Shown piece by piece: positions 1 through 9,997 of a stretch of DNA of 64,000 bases. The DNA is from an uncultured bacterium (GTDB taxonomy: Bacteria; Babelota; Babeliae; Babelales; Vermiphilaceae). The DNA lies in NCBI GenBank assembly GCA_963702025.1, contig OY969699.1:1280001-1344000 (forward strand), written 5' to 3'. Each line of letters starts with the position of its first letter. Position 1 is the first letter of the stretch. The translations under genes and the position numbers were made by a program. The notes below the pieces were generated by a model. It was not told the DNA's origin. It was given only the letters and a program-made list of their open reading frames with translations, and did no database searches.

Positions 1-512
1 CATGAAAGCGCGTCAACTATTGTCATGTCAGAAAACCCAAGACGTAATTTGCCAATAATAATGCGCACAATATAACGCGCAGAAAGTGGATCAACCTGCT
101 TGAGCAATGCCACGAGTGCATTATTCTTTTCTTCTTGTGATCCGGTACCGGAAATCTCCTCGATGGCGCAGAGTTTATTATACACTTCGAGAATCGTTAA
201 TTCATCGTTGGCATGCCATGCATCCTGTTCGATTACTAGACCAAGGTCCCCGGCTTTTTTTGCCTGTTCATTAATGGTGCTATCCGCACGATCTAAAAGT
301 ACCACCAATGCTTTGGCAACATTTTTTTCTGCTAAATTAAACTTGGTGCCAATATAGGGCGCATGCAATTGCCCTAGGGAAAGATTGCAGATAATATGTG
401 CCTCATGCGGCGTTGATTTTTTGAGCAGGTTCGCAAGGAGGCGCGTCATTTCCAAGCGTCCGCTCACCTGCTCAATCTCAAAAAACGATTGGCTCACATC
501 TTTAAATTTCAT
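1..512 (-). CDS. ATP-dependent DNA ligase, N-terminal DNA-binding domain (runs off window start)
   Basis: Not in ORF track. Manual translation from ATG at 512 gives MKFKDVSQSFFEIEQVSGRLEMTRLLANLLKKST...GDLG...SGTGSQEEK...ARYIVRIIIGKLRLGFSDMTIVDALS, typical of the DNA_ligase_A_N domain; frame is open to the window edge. Confidence 0.85.
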   Translation of the reverse strand, partial: MKFKDVSQSFFEIEQVSGRLEMTRLLANLLKKSTPHEAHIICNLSLGQLHAPYIGTKFNLAEKNVAKALVVLLDRADSTINEQAKKAGDLGLVIEQDAWHANDELTILEVYNKLCAIEEISGTGSQEEKNNALVALLKQVDPLSARYIVRIIIGKLRLGFSDMTIVDALS

Positions 513-618
513 TCTTTACCTTATGCTAATGTTTTTCTTCTCTATAAATATACAGTAATCTGTATGTAAAAATTTGTAAAAGATAGTACGCGCTTGGTAT
601 TACACAAAGGGACATTAC

Positions 619-1119
619 ATGAATTCTCTTGAATTATTAAAGAAAAAGTTTGCTGATTTGGCTATTACCGTGAATTATTATGAGCATGCGCCAATATTTA
701 CCGCTGAAGATGGCATTAAACACACTGCCACCATTCCGGGACTTGCTGCTAAAAACCTCTTTTTATGTGATAAAACCAACAAACTTTGGCTCGTTGTAAT
801 GCCCTATTATCTCAAATTAAACGCACGAAAACTAGCCGCTCTTAGTGGAGCATCTGAATTGCAATTTGCCAAGCCAGAACAGCTGCAGCAATACTTGGGA
901 ATCACACCGGGTTCTGTTACCCCTTTGGCTCTTATTAACGATCTTAAACATGAAGTTACCGTAATTTTAGATGAAACATTATTAGCAAAAGATCTGATTC
1001 AAATCCACCCTTTACGTAATGATATGAGCGTAACTATAAGGCCACAAGATCTTTTGAAATTTATCGAATCATGTGGCAACCACTTTAAAATAGTAAATCT
1101 CGAATCACTACAGAAATAA
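619..1119 (+). CDS. YbaK/ProX-family aminoacyl-tRNA deacylase (ProXp-ala/PrdX-like)
   Basis: KNLFL, LGITPGSVTP and HPLRN motifs. Confidence 0.85.
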   Translation: MNSLELLKKKFADLAITVNYYEHAPIFTAEDGIKHTATIPGLAAKNLFLCDKTNKLWLVVMPYYLKLNARKLAALSGASELQFAKPEQLQQYLGITPGSVTPLALINDLKHEVTVILDETLLAKDLIQIHPLRNDMSVTIRPQDLLKFIESCGNHFKIVNLESLQK

Positions 1120-1196
1120 CGATTTCTATTTATTATTGAAAATAGTTTTTGTACTCCATTACTATAAGCTGTAATACCACAAAAGAGGAGAATGGT

Positions 1197-2099
1197 ATGA
1201 ACTTTATTTCTCGACGTTTCGTATTATTTATTTTACTTGCAACATGCTCAATAGCTCAGCAAACAGAGGGGTTTGGTGACGGATGTTGCGCAACCAGTTG
1301 CTATGAATGCTCATGCGAACCGCTTTATTGCGGTGCATTTGGGGTACTAATTCAGGGTGGTTTTCGACCAATTATTTGGAGAAATCGCGGCAACTTTTTT
1401 GGAGTAAATTGCGTAACAGCTGCAACTAATAGCCAAATAACGGTATTGGAAGAGATCCCAAAATTTAGACATTTTTATAAATACCCTTGGGAAGTTGGCG
1501 GTCAATTAAGCTATGCATTATCATGCAATACCAATGTATTTGTAGAAGTAAACTATGCGCAAGCACGAAATAAAAAAGAGTGTAATGTGTTCACCACTAC
1601 CGGATTTCAGTGCGCCAACCCAATTAATCCCGTAAGCGGTCTTGCAATCAATTTGAGCAAATATAAAATTATTGATGCGTATGTTGGGGCAAATTATTAT
1701 TTTAATCGCTGGTGCGATCGTGTTGCGTTTTTCTTTGGCGGCAAGGTAGGGTTGGTGCACCATAATAAAGTCCACTATAATTCGCTAACTGCGGGATTTA
1801 ATTGCAGCACGGGCGGATCAGTTATCTATTGTACCACCAATACAAATAAAGATTTTTTCTTATCCAATACAGTAGTAGCAGGTGGTGCACAAGCTGGATT
1901 TGATATTTGTTTTTGTGGCAACTGGTCACTCGTAGTAACAGGGAATGTTATCGCCAGTTGTGGTCCCAAAAGCATTGATTCGATTGCATTAAATACCACT
2001 GACATGCTGAATTTGAATGGTGTATCTACTTTGTTGATAGGGCATGTAGAAACTGAACTTGCATTCCCCATCTTGGTTGGCATTAAATATAACTTTTAA
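1197..2099 (+). CDS. Cys-rich secreted outer-membrane beta-barrel-like protein
   Basis: GAGGAG SD before ATG 1197; signal peptide; alternating amphipathic strands; C-terminal VGIKYNF beta-signal; 17 Cys. Confidence 0.6.
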   Translation: MNFISRRFVLFILLATCSIAQQTEGFGDGCCATSCYECSCEPLYCGAFGVLIQGGFRPIIWRNRGNFFGVNCVTAATNSQITVLEEIPKFRHFYKYPWEVGGQLSYALSCNTNVFVEVNYAQARNKKECNVFTTTGFQCANPINPVSGLAINLSKYKIIDAYVGANYYFNRWCDRVAFFFGGKVGLVHHNKVHYNSLTAGFNCSTGGSVIYCTTNTNKDFFLSNTVVAGGAQAGFDICFCGNWSLVVTGNVIASCGPKSIDSIALNTTDMLNLNGVSTLLIGHVETELAFPILVGIKYNF

Positions 2100-2138
2100 T
2101 CGATAACAATCAAAATTGTGCCCATAAAGGAGTAAATA

Positions 2139-3251
2139 ATGAAAATAATAACATTTCTAATAACATTCTTGACCTCTCTATCTCTTTATACCGATATAAA
2201 AGCATCCTGTTGTGTAACTCCTGCTACTTGTACCACCATAGAACAATGCATAACGGTACCGGCGCGTATGATCGGCGATTTTCTCATTCCTGCCGCAAGT
2301 ATTTTCGTGCGCCAACAATATGTCAATCCCAATGCACCGGTGCTTTTATTCGTACATACGGCCGGCTGGGATGCTGACGAATGGCTCTGCCAGCAAGCAC
2401 AATTTTGCAGCTGTTTTAATACCATCGCTCTTGACTTACGAGGACATGGCAGATCAACCTTAACGCCGGCGCTTCCTGCTGCAGGCGGGATTAACTATAC
2501 ACTCGATATTTTTGTTGAAGATATTAATGTTGTTTTAACGACCCTCGGCGTAACAAGTCTTATTTGGGTGGGCAGTTCTATTGGTTCTAGAATAGCAGTC
2601 ACCTACAATGCTACTTTCCCTGGCATGATTACTAAAATGGTATTGAGCACCATGAATCCATTTGATTATAACACGGATCCGGCATGTTCAGTTGGCACTT
2701 TTCCCGATTGTTCAGTTGCACCGCCTCCATGCTATCAGTTTCCTGCAATAACTACCTGTTTTTACGATTTCCTTGCAACGCTCGTAACCGAGGTGCCATT
2801 CCCTGAGTTTGCTGCCATTCTTGCGACACAGATTTTCTTTACCGAGCCAAATTGTCTTGCACAATTACAAAACGCACAAAACTCATATATTGAGGCCCAA
2901 GTCCAACAGGGCCCAGATATTTTATTTAGTATTATTAATAATGCCTTAACTACTGATCAAAGACCATTACTTCCGGCAATCACTATCCCGGTACTTATTT
3001 GTCAAGGAACTGCCGATATGGGAAATCCGCCCGGCACTGGTGAGTATGTCCAAAGTCTAATTCCCAATTCTATTTTGGCTTTATTTGAAAATAAATGCCA
3101 TTTATTAGTAGCTACAGCCTTCTCGAGCTTTGATAGCCTCGTTGCAAAATTTATCAACGGCTGCCCATTGCCAACCACAATAACTATTCCCGATACCGGC
3201 TGCAATATTTGTCCACTCATTACACCAGTACCATTGGTTACCTGTACATAA
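2139..3251 (+). CDS. Secreted Cys-rich alpha/beta hydrolase
   Basis: DLRGHGRS, GSSIG nucleophile elbow, QGTAD acid, CH His; signal peptide; AAGGAG SD. Confidence 0.85.
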   Translation: MKIITFLITFLTSLSLYTDIKASCCVTPATCTTIEQCITVPARMIGDFLIPAASIFVRQQYVNPNAPVLLFVHTAGWDADEWLCQQAQFCSCFNTIALDLRGHGRSTLTPALPAAGGINYTLDIFVEDINVVLTTLGVTSLIWVGSSIGSRIAVTYNATFPGMITKMVLSTMNPFDYNTDPACSVGTFPDCSVAPPPCYQFPAITTCFYDFLATLVTEVPFPEFAAILATQIFFTEPNCLAQLQNAQNSYIEAQVQQGPDILFSIINNALTTDQRPLLPAITIPVLICQGTADMGNPPGTGEYVQSLIPNSILALFENKCHLLVATAFSSFDSLVAKFINGCPLPTTITIPDTGCNICPLITPVPLVTCT

Positions 3252-3275
3252 TAGTTATCTGAAAAACTAAGACGT

Positions 3276-3309
3276 AAAAAGGGATTCGTTTTATCGAATC
3301 CCTTTTTTT
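3276..3309. terminator. Bidirectional intrinsic terminator
   Basis: aaaaagggattcg-tttat-cgaatccctttttt type hairpin with A and T tails, after the hydrolase stop. Confidence 0.75.
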
Positions 3310-3348
3310 AATTTCTTCTGGAGAATTGACTCTACTTCGCACCTACGG

Positions 3349-3424
3349 ATCCCTCGACCCTGCTCGGGAGTAAACAGTCCTTCCGCTCATCCTGAGTAGA
3401 AAACGCAGTTTTCGTATCGAAGGA
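3349..3424. repeat. Inverted doublet of family-1 REP-like hairpins
   Basis: 3349-3375 degenerate copy; 3383-3424 ccgctcatcctgagtagaaaac-gca-gttttcgtatcgaagga, matching copies at 52155, 52502 and 62662. Confidence 0.8.
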
Positions 3425-3478
3425 CGAAGGACAGCCGACGCATTTTGCTATCAAACTTTATGTTACTTCCTTAAGTAT

Positions 3479-3517
3479 TGGCGAAGCCAGGCGTAGCCCC
3501 TTGTGGGCGAAGACTGG
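3479..3517. repeat. Family-2 hairpin fused to tRNA-Met 3' end
   Basis: ccagg-cGTAg-ccc-cttgt-ggg-cGAAg-actgg; its terminal tgg is the tRNA CCA. Confidence 0.75.
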
Positions 3518-3591
3518 TGGCTACGCAGGGATTCGAACCCCGGACCTACGGATTATGATTCCGCCGCTCTAACCAACTGAGCTACGTAGCC
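3515..3591 (-). tRNA. tRNA-Met (CAT), elongator type
   Basis: GGCTACGTAGCTCAGTTGGTTAGAGC...CAT...GGTTCGAATCCCTGCGTAGCCACCA cloverleaf with encoded CCA. Confidence 0.9.
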
Positions 3592-3627
3592 TAAAAATGG
3601 AAATTTTTGATATACCTTAATTATACA

Positions 3628-5187
3628 TTAAATACGTAATTTTTGAATATTAAATGTATTTAAAATGAAGGTAAATGTTGATCTCAAGAAAAACAGACCG
3701 GTAATCAGTGTTGAAATGATACCAAGCATCATAGTTACTGCAAAACCTTTGATAGGACCAGTACCAAAATAAAATAATACTGCACCGACAATAAAGGTGG
3801 TAATATTTGCATCCAAAATAACCACCAATGCATCAGAAAAACCACTATCTACTGCTTTTCTAATAGTGGCCCCATGTGATAAGGCTTCTCTGATTTGTTC
3901 GTAAATCAAAATAGAAGCATCAATTGCCATACCAACCGTGAGCACCAATCCCGCAATTCCCGGCAATGTTAATGTAGCCCTTAAAAAAGACATTGCGACG
4001 AGGATTAACAGCAAGTTATATAACAAGGTAATAAATGCCAAAATCCCACATGCTTTATAAAATACAATGCTGAACACCAAGAGTAACGCTAAGCCAACTA
4101 AGCAAGAAATCAAACCTTGTCTAATCGATTCGGCACCCAGTGATGGGCCAATCTGGCGCTCTTCTTCGAAAGTCACCGGAGCAACAAAGGCACCGGAGTT
4201 GAGCAAGGTGGCCAATTGTTTTGCGGCATCAACGGTAAAACCGCCTTCGATCTTCCCACTATCACGAATTGCAACATTGATATTTGGCGCCATGACAACT
4301 TTACCATCAAGAACAACAGCCAAACGTTTGCCAACGTTTTTGCTCGTTAAATCATAGAATTTATTGCCACCCTCGCTGGTCAAATTAAAAATCACCACCG
4401 GCTCAGCACCCATTTTACTTTGATCAAGGGTTGCTTGCGCAGAACGTAAATCTTTACCGCTCACTTCGGCAAACTTAGAAACCAAATAATAAACTTCGGG
4501 TTTACCTTCAGCCTCTTGGCCGGGTAGAATTTCCATATCACCGGGTAAAATCCCATCAAGATCATACAAAATATCTTCGGGAGATCTGCCCACTTTTTCC
4601 ACAAGTTTAAACTCGAGAACTGCCGCTTTACCAATCATTTGCTTAGCTTGTTGTGGGTCAGATACATCGGGCAGTTCAACGATAATATTTTTTTCGCCCT
4701 GTGCAGCAATGGTAATTTCTTCCACACTTAATTTATTTAACCGGGTACGCAAAACTTCTACGTTACGCGCAACAGCATCTTCTTTTATTTTGTTCACAAT
4801 GCGTTCTGGCAATGTTAGGCGAATACTTTGATTATTGGTTACAATTTTTAGATCTTTTTCGTATGATTCAATAGCTGCCGCAGCTGCTTGCGTGGCAGCG
4901 GGAGAAGAAAAAGTTAAAACAATAGCATCTTTTTCTATATTTTTGGTTACCGGCTGTTCTTTGTTAGCATCTTTAAGTTTATTAGTTATGGCTTGCAACT
5001 TAGAAATGAGCTCAGTTTCTACCGCTTTATCTGTCTGTACTTCAAGAGTTATATAGGTTCCACCAACCAGATCTATGCCATAGCGAAGCGTTTTGCGTAA
5101 CGGCCATAACATATAGCAACATAATAAAGCTAATACTATCCAAAAAGAAAACCACGAGAATAATCCTCGTTGCGCAGTAACATTCAT
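3628..5187 (-). CDS. secD: Protein translocase subunit SecD
   Basis: YGIDLVGG, IGPSLG, TLTLPGIAG, DANITT and GPIKGFA motifs. Confidence 0.97.
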   Translation of the reverse strand: MNVTAQRGLFSWFSFWIVLALLCCYMLWPLRKTLRYGIDLVGGTYITLEVQTDKAVETELISKLQAITNKLKDANKEQPVTKNIEKDAIVLTFSSPAATQAAAAAIESYEKDLKIVTNNQSIRLTLPERIVNKIKEDAVARNVEVLRTRLNKLSVEEITIAAQGEKNIIVELPDVSDPQQAKQMIGKAAVLEFKLVEKVGRSPEDILYDLDGILPGDMEILPGQEAEGKPEVYYLVSKFAEVSGKDLRSAQATLDQSKMGAEPVVIFNLTSEGGNKFYDLTSKNVGKRLAVVLDGKVVMAPNINVAIRDSGKIEGGFTVDAAKQLATLLNSGAFVAPVTFEEERQIGPSLGAESIRQGLISCLVGLALLLVFSIVFYKACGILAFITLLYNLLLILVAMSFLRATLTLPGIAGLVLTVGMAIDASILIYEQIREALSHGATIRKAVDSGFSDALVVILDANITTFIVGAVLFYFGTGPIKGFAVTMMLGIISTLITGLFFLRSTFTFILNTFNIQKLRI

Positions 5188-5254
5188 TTGAGCTCCTCAC
5201 TACCGGCAGTAATATTAATCATATTTTTAACCATATTTTTTTAGTTTCATTAAA

Positions 5255-5282
5255 GATGCTTCGACTCGCTCAGCACGAACGG
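5255..5282. repeat. Family-1 REP-like hairpin (short variant)
   Basis: gatgcttcgactcgctcagcacgaacgg; near-identical reverse complement at 55510-55537. Confidence 0.8.
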
Positions 5283-5342
5283 ATTGAGGACAATCTTGTC
5301 TTTTTTCTACTAAACTTTATTTAAAATCAACCTTAAAAATGC

Positions 5343-5397
5343 TGGCTGCGCCAGGCGTAGCTTGCCGAGCCGGAAGGCCCGGATAAGCGTAGACTGG
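5343..5397. repeat. Family-2 hairpin fused to tRNA-Leu 3' end
   Basis: ccagg-cGTAg-ctt...aag-cGTAg-actgg ending in the tRNA CCA; similar to the inverted copy at 15624-15669. Confidence 0.75.
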
Positions 5398-5481
5398 TGC
5401 CGAGGAGGGGACTCGAACCCCTACAGGATTTCTCCCGCAGCCACCTCAAGGCTGTGTGTATACCAGTTTCACCACCTCGGC
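5395..5481 (-). tRNA. tRNA-Leu (GAG)
   Basis: GCCGAGGTGGTGAAACTGGTATACAC...cagcc-TTGAGGT-ggctg, long variable arm, GGTTCGAGTCCC...ACCA. Confidence 0.95.
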
Positions 5482-5544
5482 AATTTCAAAATAAGCACAA
5501 GAAACTGTATCACAAAAAAAGGCGGTAATCAAACGTTATTAACG

Positions 5545-6831
5545 TTATTCGATCTCTTGGTCGATGTCAGATTCATAATCAATATTTTCAGAAACCTCGT
5601 CAGAACGATCAGGAGCAGAATCTTCAACTTCTTGAGATCCGCCAAACCAACCCGAAAACAAGTTGAAAATACCTGCAACACCGTTACCTATGGCCCTTAC
5701 CGGGAATGTTACCCAATGCCACAATGTGCCCAAAATGCCACGTGGTTGTTCCTCCTCAGCTTCTTCCTCTTCGCTAGGAACCGCTTTGCACGGTTTTCGA
5801 AGTTTAAGCGCTTGCACTTGCAAATCAATACCCTTTTCCTTGAGGCCCTGCATAAGCTCTTTGCTGCGCTCCACCTCAGTTTGAGCCTTCGTGATTAATT
5901 GATCAAAATATTTGGTATAAGCATCAGCTAAATAGTTATTGATATTGTTAAGATTTTTCCAAAAGGTATCCATGGCGTAATAAAGCTCACGCGCACGTTT
6001 ATCACTCAATTCGCGATTGATCGCTTTAAAGTGATCCCACGATTGCTGCTCATAATGGCGCGCTTGATTTAACTGTTCCAAAAGTTTAATCAGTGCATCA
6101 TCAACTGCATGACTGACTTTCATAATATTTTGAGAAGAAAGTTGTAACTGCTCTAAATTCTTCTTTTCTTCAGCAAGCAATCTTTGTAAATTGCGCGATT
6201 GTTCATCTTGATCTTTTGTTTGCTCTTGGCCGATTTGAGCAGTTAATGTAGCAATAATTTCAGTAAGTTCCCCTTCCTCAAAACCATTTTTTAAATAAAA
6301 TGGATCCAGAATCATATGATCCAATTCATGCCGGCGCGCAAAAAAGCCCATGCGTAATTCAAAAATCTTATCAAAAAGCTGCCTGGTTTTTTCATAAAGC
6401 CGTTCCGCTTTTTCCCACCAGATTTTTTTATAGAGCCAATTTCCTTTTGGTTCAGCCATCTTTTCTGTATCGAGCGCTTTTATCTCAATTTCCTCTTCCG
6501 GCTGCTCAGGCGCTGTAACTGCGATCGGCTGTTCTTGCACAGGGGCAGGAACTGGCTTTTCCGGTTCAGCTTTGGCCTGCTCTTGTAGTTGAACGGCAGG
6601 CGCAACCTCTTGCTCTGGCGCTACCGCTTGTTCTTGGGGAGGTGTTTCTTGCGCAGGCATTTGTTCTGCCGGCGCTTGTTCTGCCGATTCTAGTACCTCT
6701 TGCTTTTGCTCTTGCTCAGCCGGCAGTGCCTCACTAACCGCTTGTGGTTGATTTTGTTCCTGACTTGTCTGTGCAGAAAGGAGCAAATTTATGCTCAGTG
6801 TTATGCATGCAAACATATGTTTTTTTTGCAT
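5545..6831 (-). CDS. Secreted hypothetical protein with Q/E/P-rich linker, coiled coil and acidic tail
   Basis: 428-aa ORF with signal peptide and low-complexity N-terminus. Confidence 0.7.
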   Translation of the reverse strand: MQKKHMFACITLSINLLLSAQTSQEQNQPQAVSEALPAEQEQKQEVLESAEQAPAEQMPAQETPPQEQAVAPEQEVAPAVQLQEQAKAEPEKPVPAPVQEQPIAVTAPEQPEEEIEIKALDTEKMAEPKGNWLYKKIWWEKAERLYEKTRQLFDKIFELRMGFFARRHELDHMILDPFYLKNGFEEGELTEIIATLTAQIGQEQTKDQDEQSRNLQRLLAEEKKNLEQLQLSSQNIMKVSHAVDDALIKLLEQLNQARHYEQQSWDHFKAINRELSDKRARELYYAMDTFWKNLNNINNYLADAYTKYFDQLITKAQTEVERSKELMQGLKEKGIDLQVQALKLRKPCKAVPSEEEEAEEEQPRGILGTLWHWVTFPVRAIGNGVAGIFNLFSGWFGGSQEVEDSAPDRSDEVSENIDYESDIDQEIE

Positions 6832-6866
6832 ATCAGTTCCTTGATAACGAATTATTGAACGTTACA

Positions 6867-7328
6867 TCAAAGTGTCTGGGAAAGTTCTTTTAACTCGTTC
6901 ATCAGTGCCTTGGAAAGCTCCTCTGCTTCCCATGATGTATAGCTCCAACGTACGCCTGATTCAACTCGAGTTAATACTGACCTATCACTTTTGATATCGA
7001 TGATATCAATACGCACAACATTCATCAATGGATGAACCAATGATGGTGCGCGCACTACTCCTGCACGACCCAAAATGCTGTAAGCAACATTCTCTTCGTC
7101 CAAGAAACAAAGCATAACCTTTTTTTGCCAAACCATGTTATGGTAGCCGGTATGATCTTTATTAATCGTCATCAAGATACTTTCAAGCCCTTTGGGATAC
7201 ACACATTGAATCGGTGTTGTATGCGGAAGTCCCTTTTCGGAGAATGTTGCTAAAACTGCAACGGTTTGTCCACGTTTTAGAATTCTTATTAAATCATCAG
7301 GAAGTTTAATGCCGACATGCTTTGCCAT
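6867..7328 (-). CDS. Pyridoxamine 5'-phosphate oxidase-like (FMN-binding split barrel) protein
   Basis: VLATFSEKGLPH pattern; start inferred at ATG 7328. Confidence 0.65.
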   Translation of the reverse strand: MAKHVGIKLPDDLIRILKRGQTVAVLATFSEKGLPHTTPIQCVYPKGLESILMTINKDHTGYHNMVWQKKVMLCFLDEENVAYSILGRAGVVRAPSLVHPLMNVVRIDIIDIKSDRSVLTRVESGVRWSYTSWEAEELSKALMNELKELSQTL

Positions 7329-7370
7329 AGGTAATCCCACCCTTCGGTTTAGAAAACAATACAATAATTT

Positions 7371-8525
7371 TTAAATTGATAAACGAGCAGCTATATCATT
7401 TTGAACTGCCAAACCTGCCACTGTTAAAACCACTCTATCCTCTTTCACCTGCAAGAATTTATGCTCTTGCAAAAGCTGTAAAGAGTGCTCCATTATTTTT
7501 TTTTGCTCGAGAGGTAATCCCTCAAAAAGATCATGTAGTGATATTCCTTCTGCTCTGCGCAAACCGAGCATGGTACGCTCAAGCATAATTTGCTTATCGG
7601 TTAAGTCTTCACTAAATACGGTTATATCTTCTCCCGCTTCAATTGCTGTGATATATTTCATAAGATTTTTTTGATTGGTAAATCGTGAGCGACCATCAAA
7701 TGAGCATGCGCCAAGGCCCAATCCTTTGTATGGCTTTCGATCCCAATAGATCGAGTTATGCGCGGACCGAAATCCTTTTTTTGCAAAATTAGAAACTTCA
7801 TATTGCTCAATGCCATGTTCTTTTAAAAATTCGATTGTCCATTCATACAACTCAACCATAGCATCATCTTCCACCAGCTTTATCTCATTTCTTTTCACTC
7901 TGAAAAAAAGTGCTGTTTCTTCGTGCACTGTTAAAAAGTATATTGAAATATGTGTAATCGGCCATGCCACCACTATTGCAAGAAGTTCTTTCCATTCTTG
8001 CGCGCTTACGCCTGGCAACCCCAAAATAAGATCTATCGATATATTTTGAAAGTCTTTTGAGGCTCGCTGTACGAGCCATAAAACATCATCTTTTGTTTGT
8101 TTTCGATTTAAATTATTCAAAACTGAATCCTTCAGGCCCTGCACACCAACACTAAGCCTATTTATACCTGCCGCTTTCCAAGTCACCAAATGCGATTCAC
8201 GAACAGTTCCGGGATTAACTTCTATAGTAATCTCACAGTTGTCTTCTATATTGAACTTCTTTCTTAGTGTACCAAACGTGTCAAGTAGGAGACTTTCGGG
8301 CCAGGTACTCGGAGTTCCACCTCCCAGAAAAATGGTATCCAGCGCCAGTTTTGAAGAACCTGATTTGGCAAAGTTTTGAATCTCCTCCATCAAAGCCCTA
8401 TGATATTGCTCCATATAGTGATCTTGCCCTGCAATAGCCACAAAAGGACAAAAATGGCATTTATAAGGGCAAAATGGCCAATGAATATAAAGAGAACGTG
8501 TTGCCGGGAAAAAAGTTGAACTCAT
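7371..8525 (-). CDS. hemW: Radical SAM heme chaperone HemW (HemN-like)
   Basis: YIHWPFCPYKCHFC, GGGTPS, YEVSNF, HNSIYW. Confidence 0.9.
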   Translation of the reverse strand: MSSTFFPATRSLYIHWPFCPYKCHFCPFVAIAGQDHYMEQYHRALMEEIQNFAKSGSSKLALDTIFLGGGTPSTWPESLLLDTFGTLRKKFNIEDNCEITIEVNPGTVRESHLVTWKAAGINRLSVGVQGLKDSVLNNLNRKQTKDDVLWLVQRASKDFQNISIDLILGLPGVSAQEWKELLAIVVAWPITHISIYFLTVHEETALFFRVKRNEIKLVEDDAMVELYEWTIEFLKEHGIEQYEVSNFAKKGFRSAHNSIYWDRKPYKGLGLGACSFDGRSRFTNQKNLMKYITAIEAGEDITVFSEDLTDKQIMLERTMLGLRRAEGISLHDLFEGLPLEQKKIMEHSLQLLQEHKFLQVKEDRVVLTVAGLAVQNDIAARLSI

Positions 8526-8533
8526 AATTTTTG

Positions 8534-9052
8534 TTATTTCTGTTGCGCTGAATTGTTGAGAGATATCTGTTTAATGCTATCGCAACAAACATCAATATGG
8601 TGATTGAGCCGATTTTTGAGCGCCTCTTCTTGCGCATATTTCACGCCCGAACTTTCTTGCACCAATGTTGCAATACTCTCCTGAAATTGCGCGGGCAATG
8701 TCGTTTTTTGTAATGCCTGAACCATCTCTTGGTCAGTAAGCCCTTCAAATCTGGTATGAAAATGATGTTGAAAAAATTCTTTAAGGACAGCTGTTAGCGT
8801 AAAGTAGGCACGATGCGCATCTTCGCGCGATGCTATTTGGCCTGAGCGTAACTCGTGCAAAATGCGCAGCGCTTTTTGGGCAGGTGATTCGACTTTTTTT
8901 GCGATAAATCTTTTAATAAGAGGAATTACGAGCGCTATAAACACCGTGAGAGCACAGACTATTGCGCTTATCTTAAATAGAGTTGTCTGCCAAAAGGGCA
9001 CATGCAAATGCCCGTAAATATCTAATAAATCATTCTCTGATACTGGTTTCAT
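8534..9052 (-). CDS. Membrane-anchored Bat-operon-associated protein (DUF4381-like)
   Basis: LLDIY...W then a TM helix, GLTDQE, VKYA; adjacent to a DUF58 gene. Confidence 0.55.
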   Translation of the reverse strand: MKPVSENDLLDIYGHLHVPFWQTTLFKISAIVCALTVFIALVIPLIKRFIAKKVESPAQKALRILHELRSGQIASREDAHRAYFTLTAVLKEFFQHHFHTRFEGLTDQEMVQALQKTTLPAQFQESIATLVQESSGVKYAQEEALKNRLNHHIDVCCDSIKQISLNNSAQQK

Positions 9053-9130
9053 GCAATTCCTTCAAAAAAAAATCGGATAATATTAGTATAGCAAGCATTA
9101 TAATTTATTATAGCCAAAGCATGCTGCTCA

Positions 9131-9997
9131 TCAAACCAAGCGAGCTTTGAAGAAATGAATAAGTTGATCGACAAGCTGATCATTGGTCGCTAAATTCAAG
9201 CAATCAATACGATTTTTTGCAAACAGCTTTTTTTGCTCATCCAAACGCTCATCTAAGGCAGCCTGCAACTTTTTTGCAGTTGATCTTCGCGCGTCAATAA
9301 TAGCCTCTTGCCCTGTCTCACTATCCCGAGCAGTAATTAGCCCTAGTGAAGGGAAATGCATTTCATAGGAATCGGTCACCCGAACCACAATGAGATCATA
9401 CATGCGAGCAACAACTGCAATGTTTTTTTCAAAAGAATGGTCATCAATAAAATCGGAAATCATAATCACCATTGCATTTTTTTTGCGCAATGCAGCAATA
9501 TACTCAAGAGCGCTATTAATATTGGTACCCGCGGAATTGGAGCACAGCGTGAATATTTTTTCAAGAATATTCTGAATGTGCGTTTTCCCTTTAGCCGGCG
9601 GGATATATAATTGTATTGAACTGGCAAAAAGAACTAGTCCCACCTCATCTTTACCCAAATATGCCGCATAGCCAATAAGTGCGGCAATCTGCGATTGAAT
9701 TTCCTGTTTTAATGCACTCCCCGAACCGTACCAACATGAACTTGAACAATCGATTGCCAGTATAACGGTCTTGTATCGCTCATCGGTAAACTCTTTAATA
9801 AGCAACTTATTCATGCGCGCAGAGCTGTTCCAATCTATCGATCTCACGTCATCGCCAATCTGATAATCACGCAGCTGATTAAATTCTAGCCCCGAACCCT
9901 TGGTTACCGAACGAGCATTGCCCAGCAAATTCACTTTCATCAATCGCTTGGTGGCAAGCTCAAGATTCTTTATATGCTGTGCAACGGATGGATTCAT
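9131..9997 (-). CDS. DUF58 / vWA-domain protein
   Basis: GSGLEFNQLRDYQIGDDVRSIDWNSSAR, DCSSS MIDAS, ISDF. Confidence 0.92.
   Translation of the reverse strand: MNPSVAQHIKNLELATKRLMKVNLLGNARSVTKGSGLEFNQLRDYQIGDDVRSIDWNSSARMNKLLIKEFTDERYKTVILAIDCSSSCWYGSGSALKQEIQSQIAALIGYAAYLGKDEVGLVLFASSIQLYIPPAKGKTHIQNILEKIFTLCSNSAGTNINSALEYIAALRKKNAMVIMISDFIDDHSFEKNIAVVARMYDLIVVRVTDSYEMHFPSLGLITARDSETGQEAIIDARRSTAKKLQAALDERLDEQKKLFAKNRIDCLNLATNDQLVDQLIHFFKARLV

Noticed and set aside
100..357. 85-aa plus-strand ORF
   Set aside because: Shadow of the minus-strand DNA ligase
3550..3566. A at position 32 of the tRNA-Met anticodon loop
   Set aside because: A single atypical base in an otherwise normal cloverleaf; no functional claim can be supported
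5362..5898. 178-aa plus-strand ORF
   Set aside because: Antisense to tRNA-Leu and to the 428-aa gene; no recognisable motif
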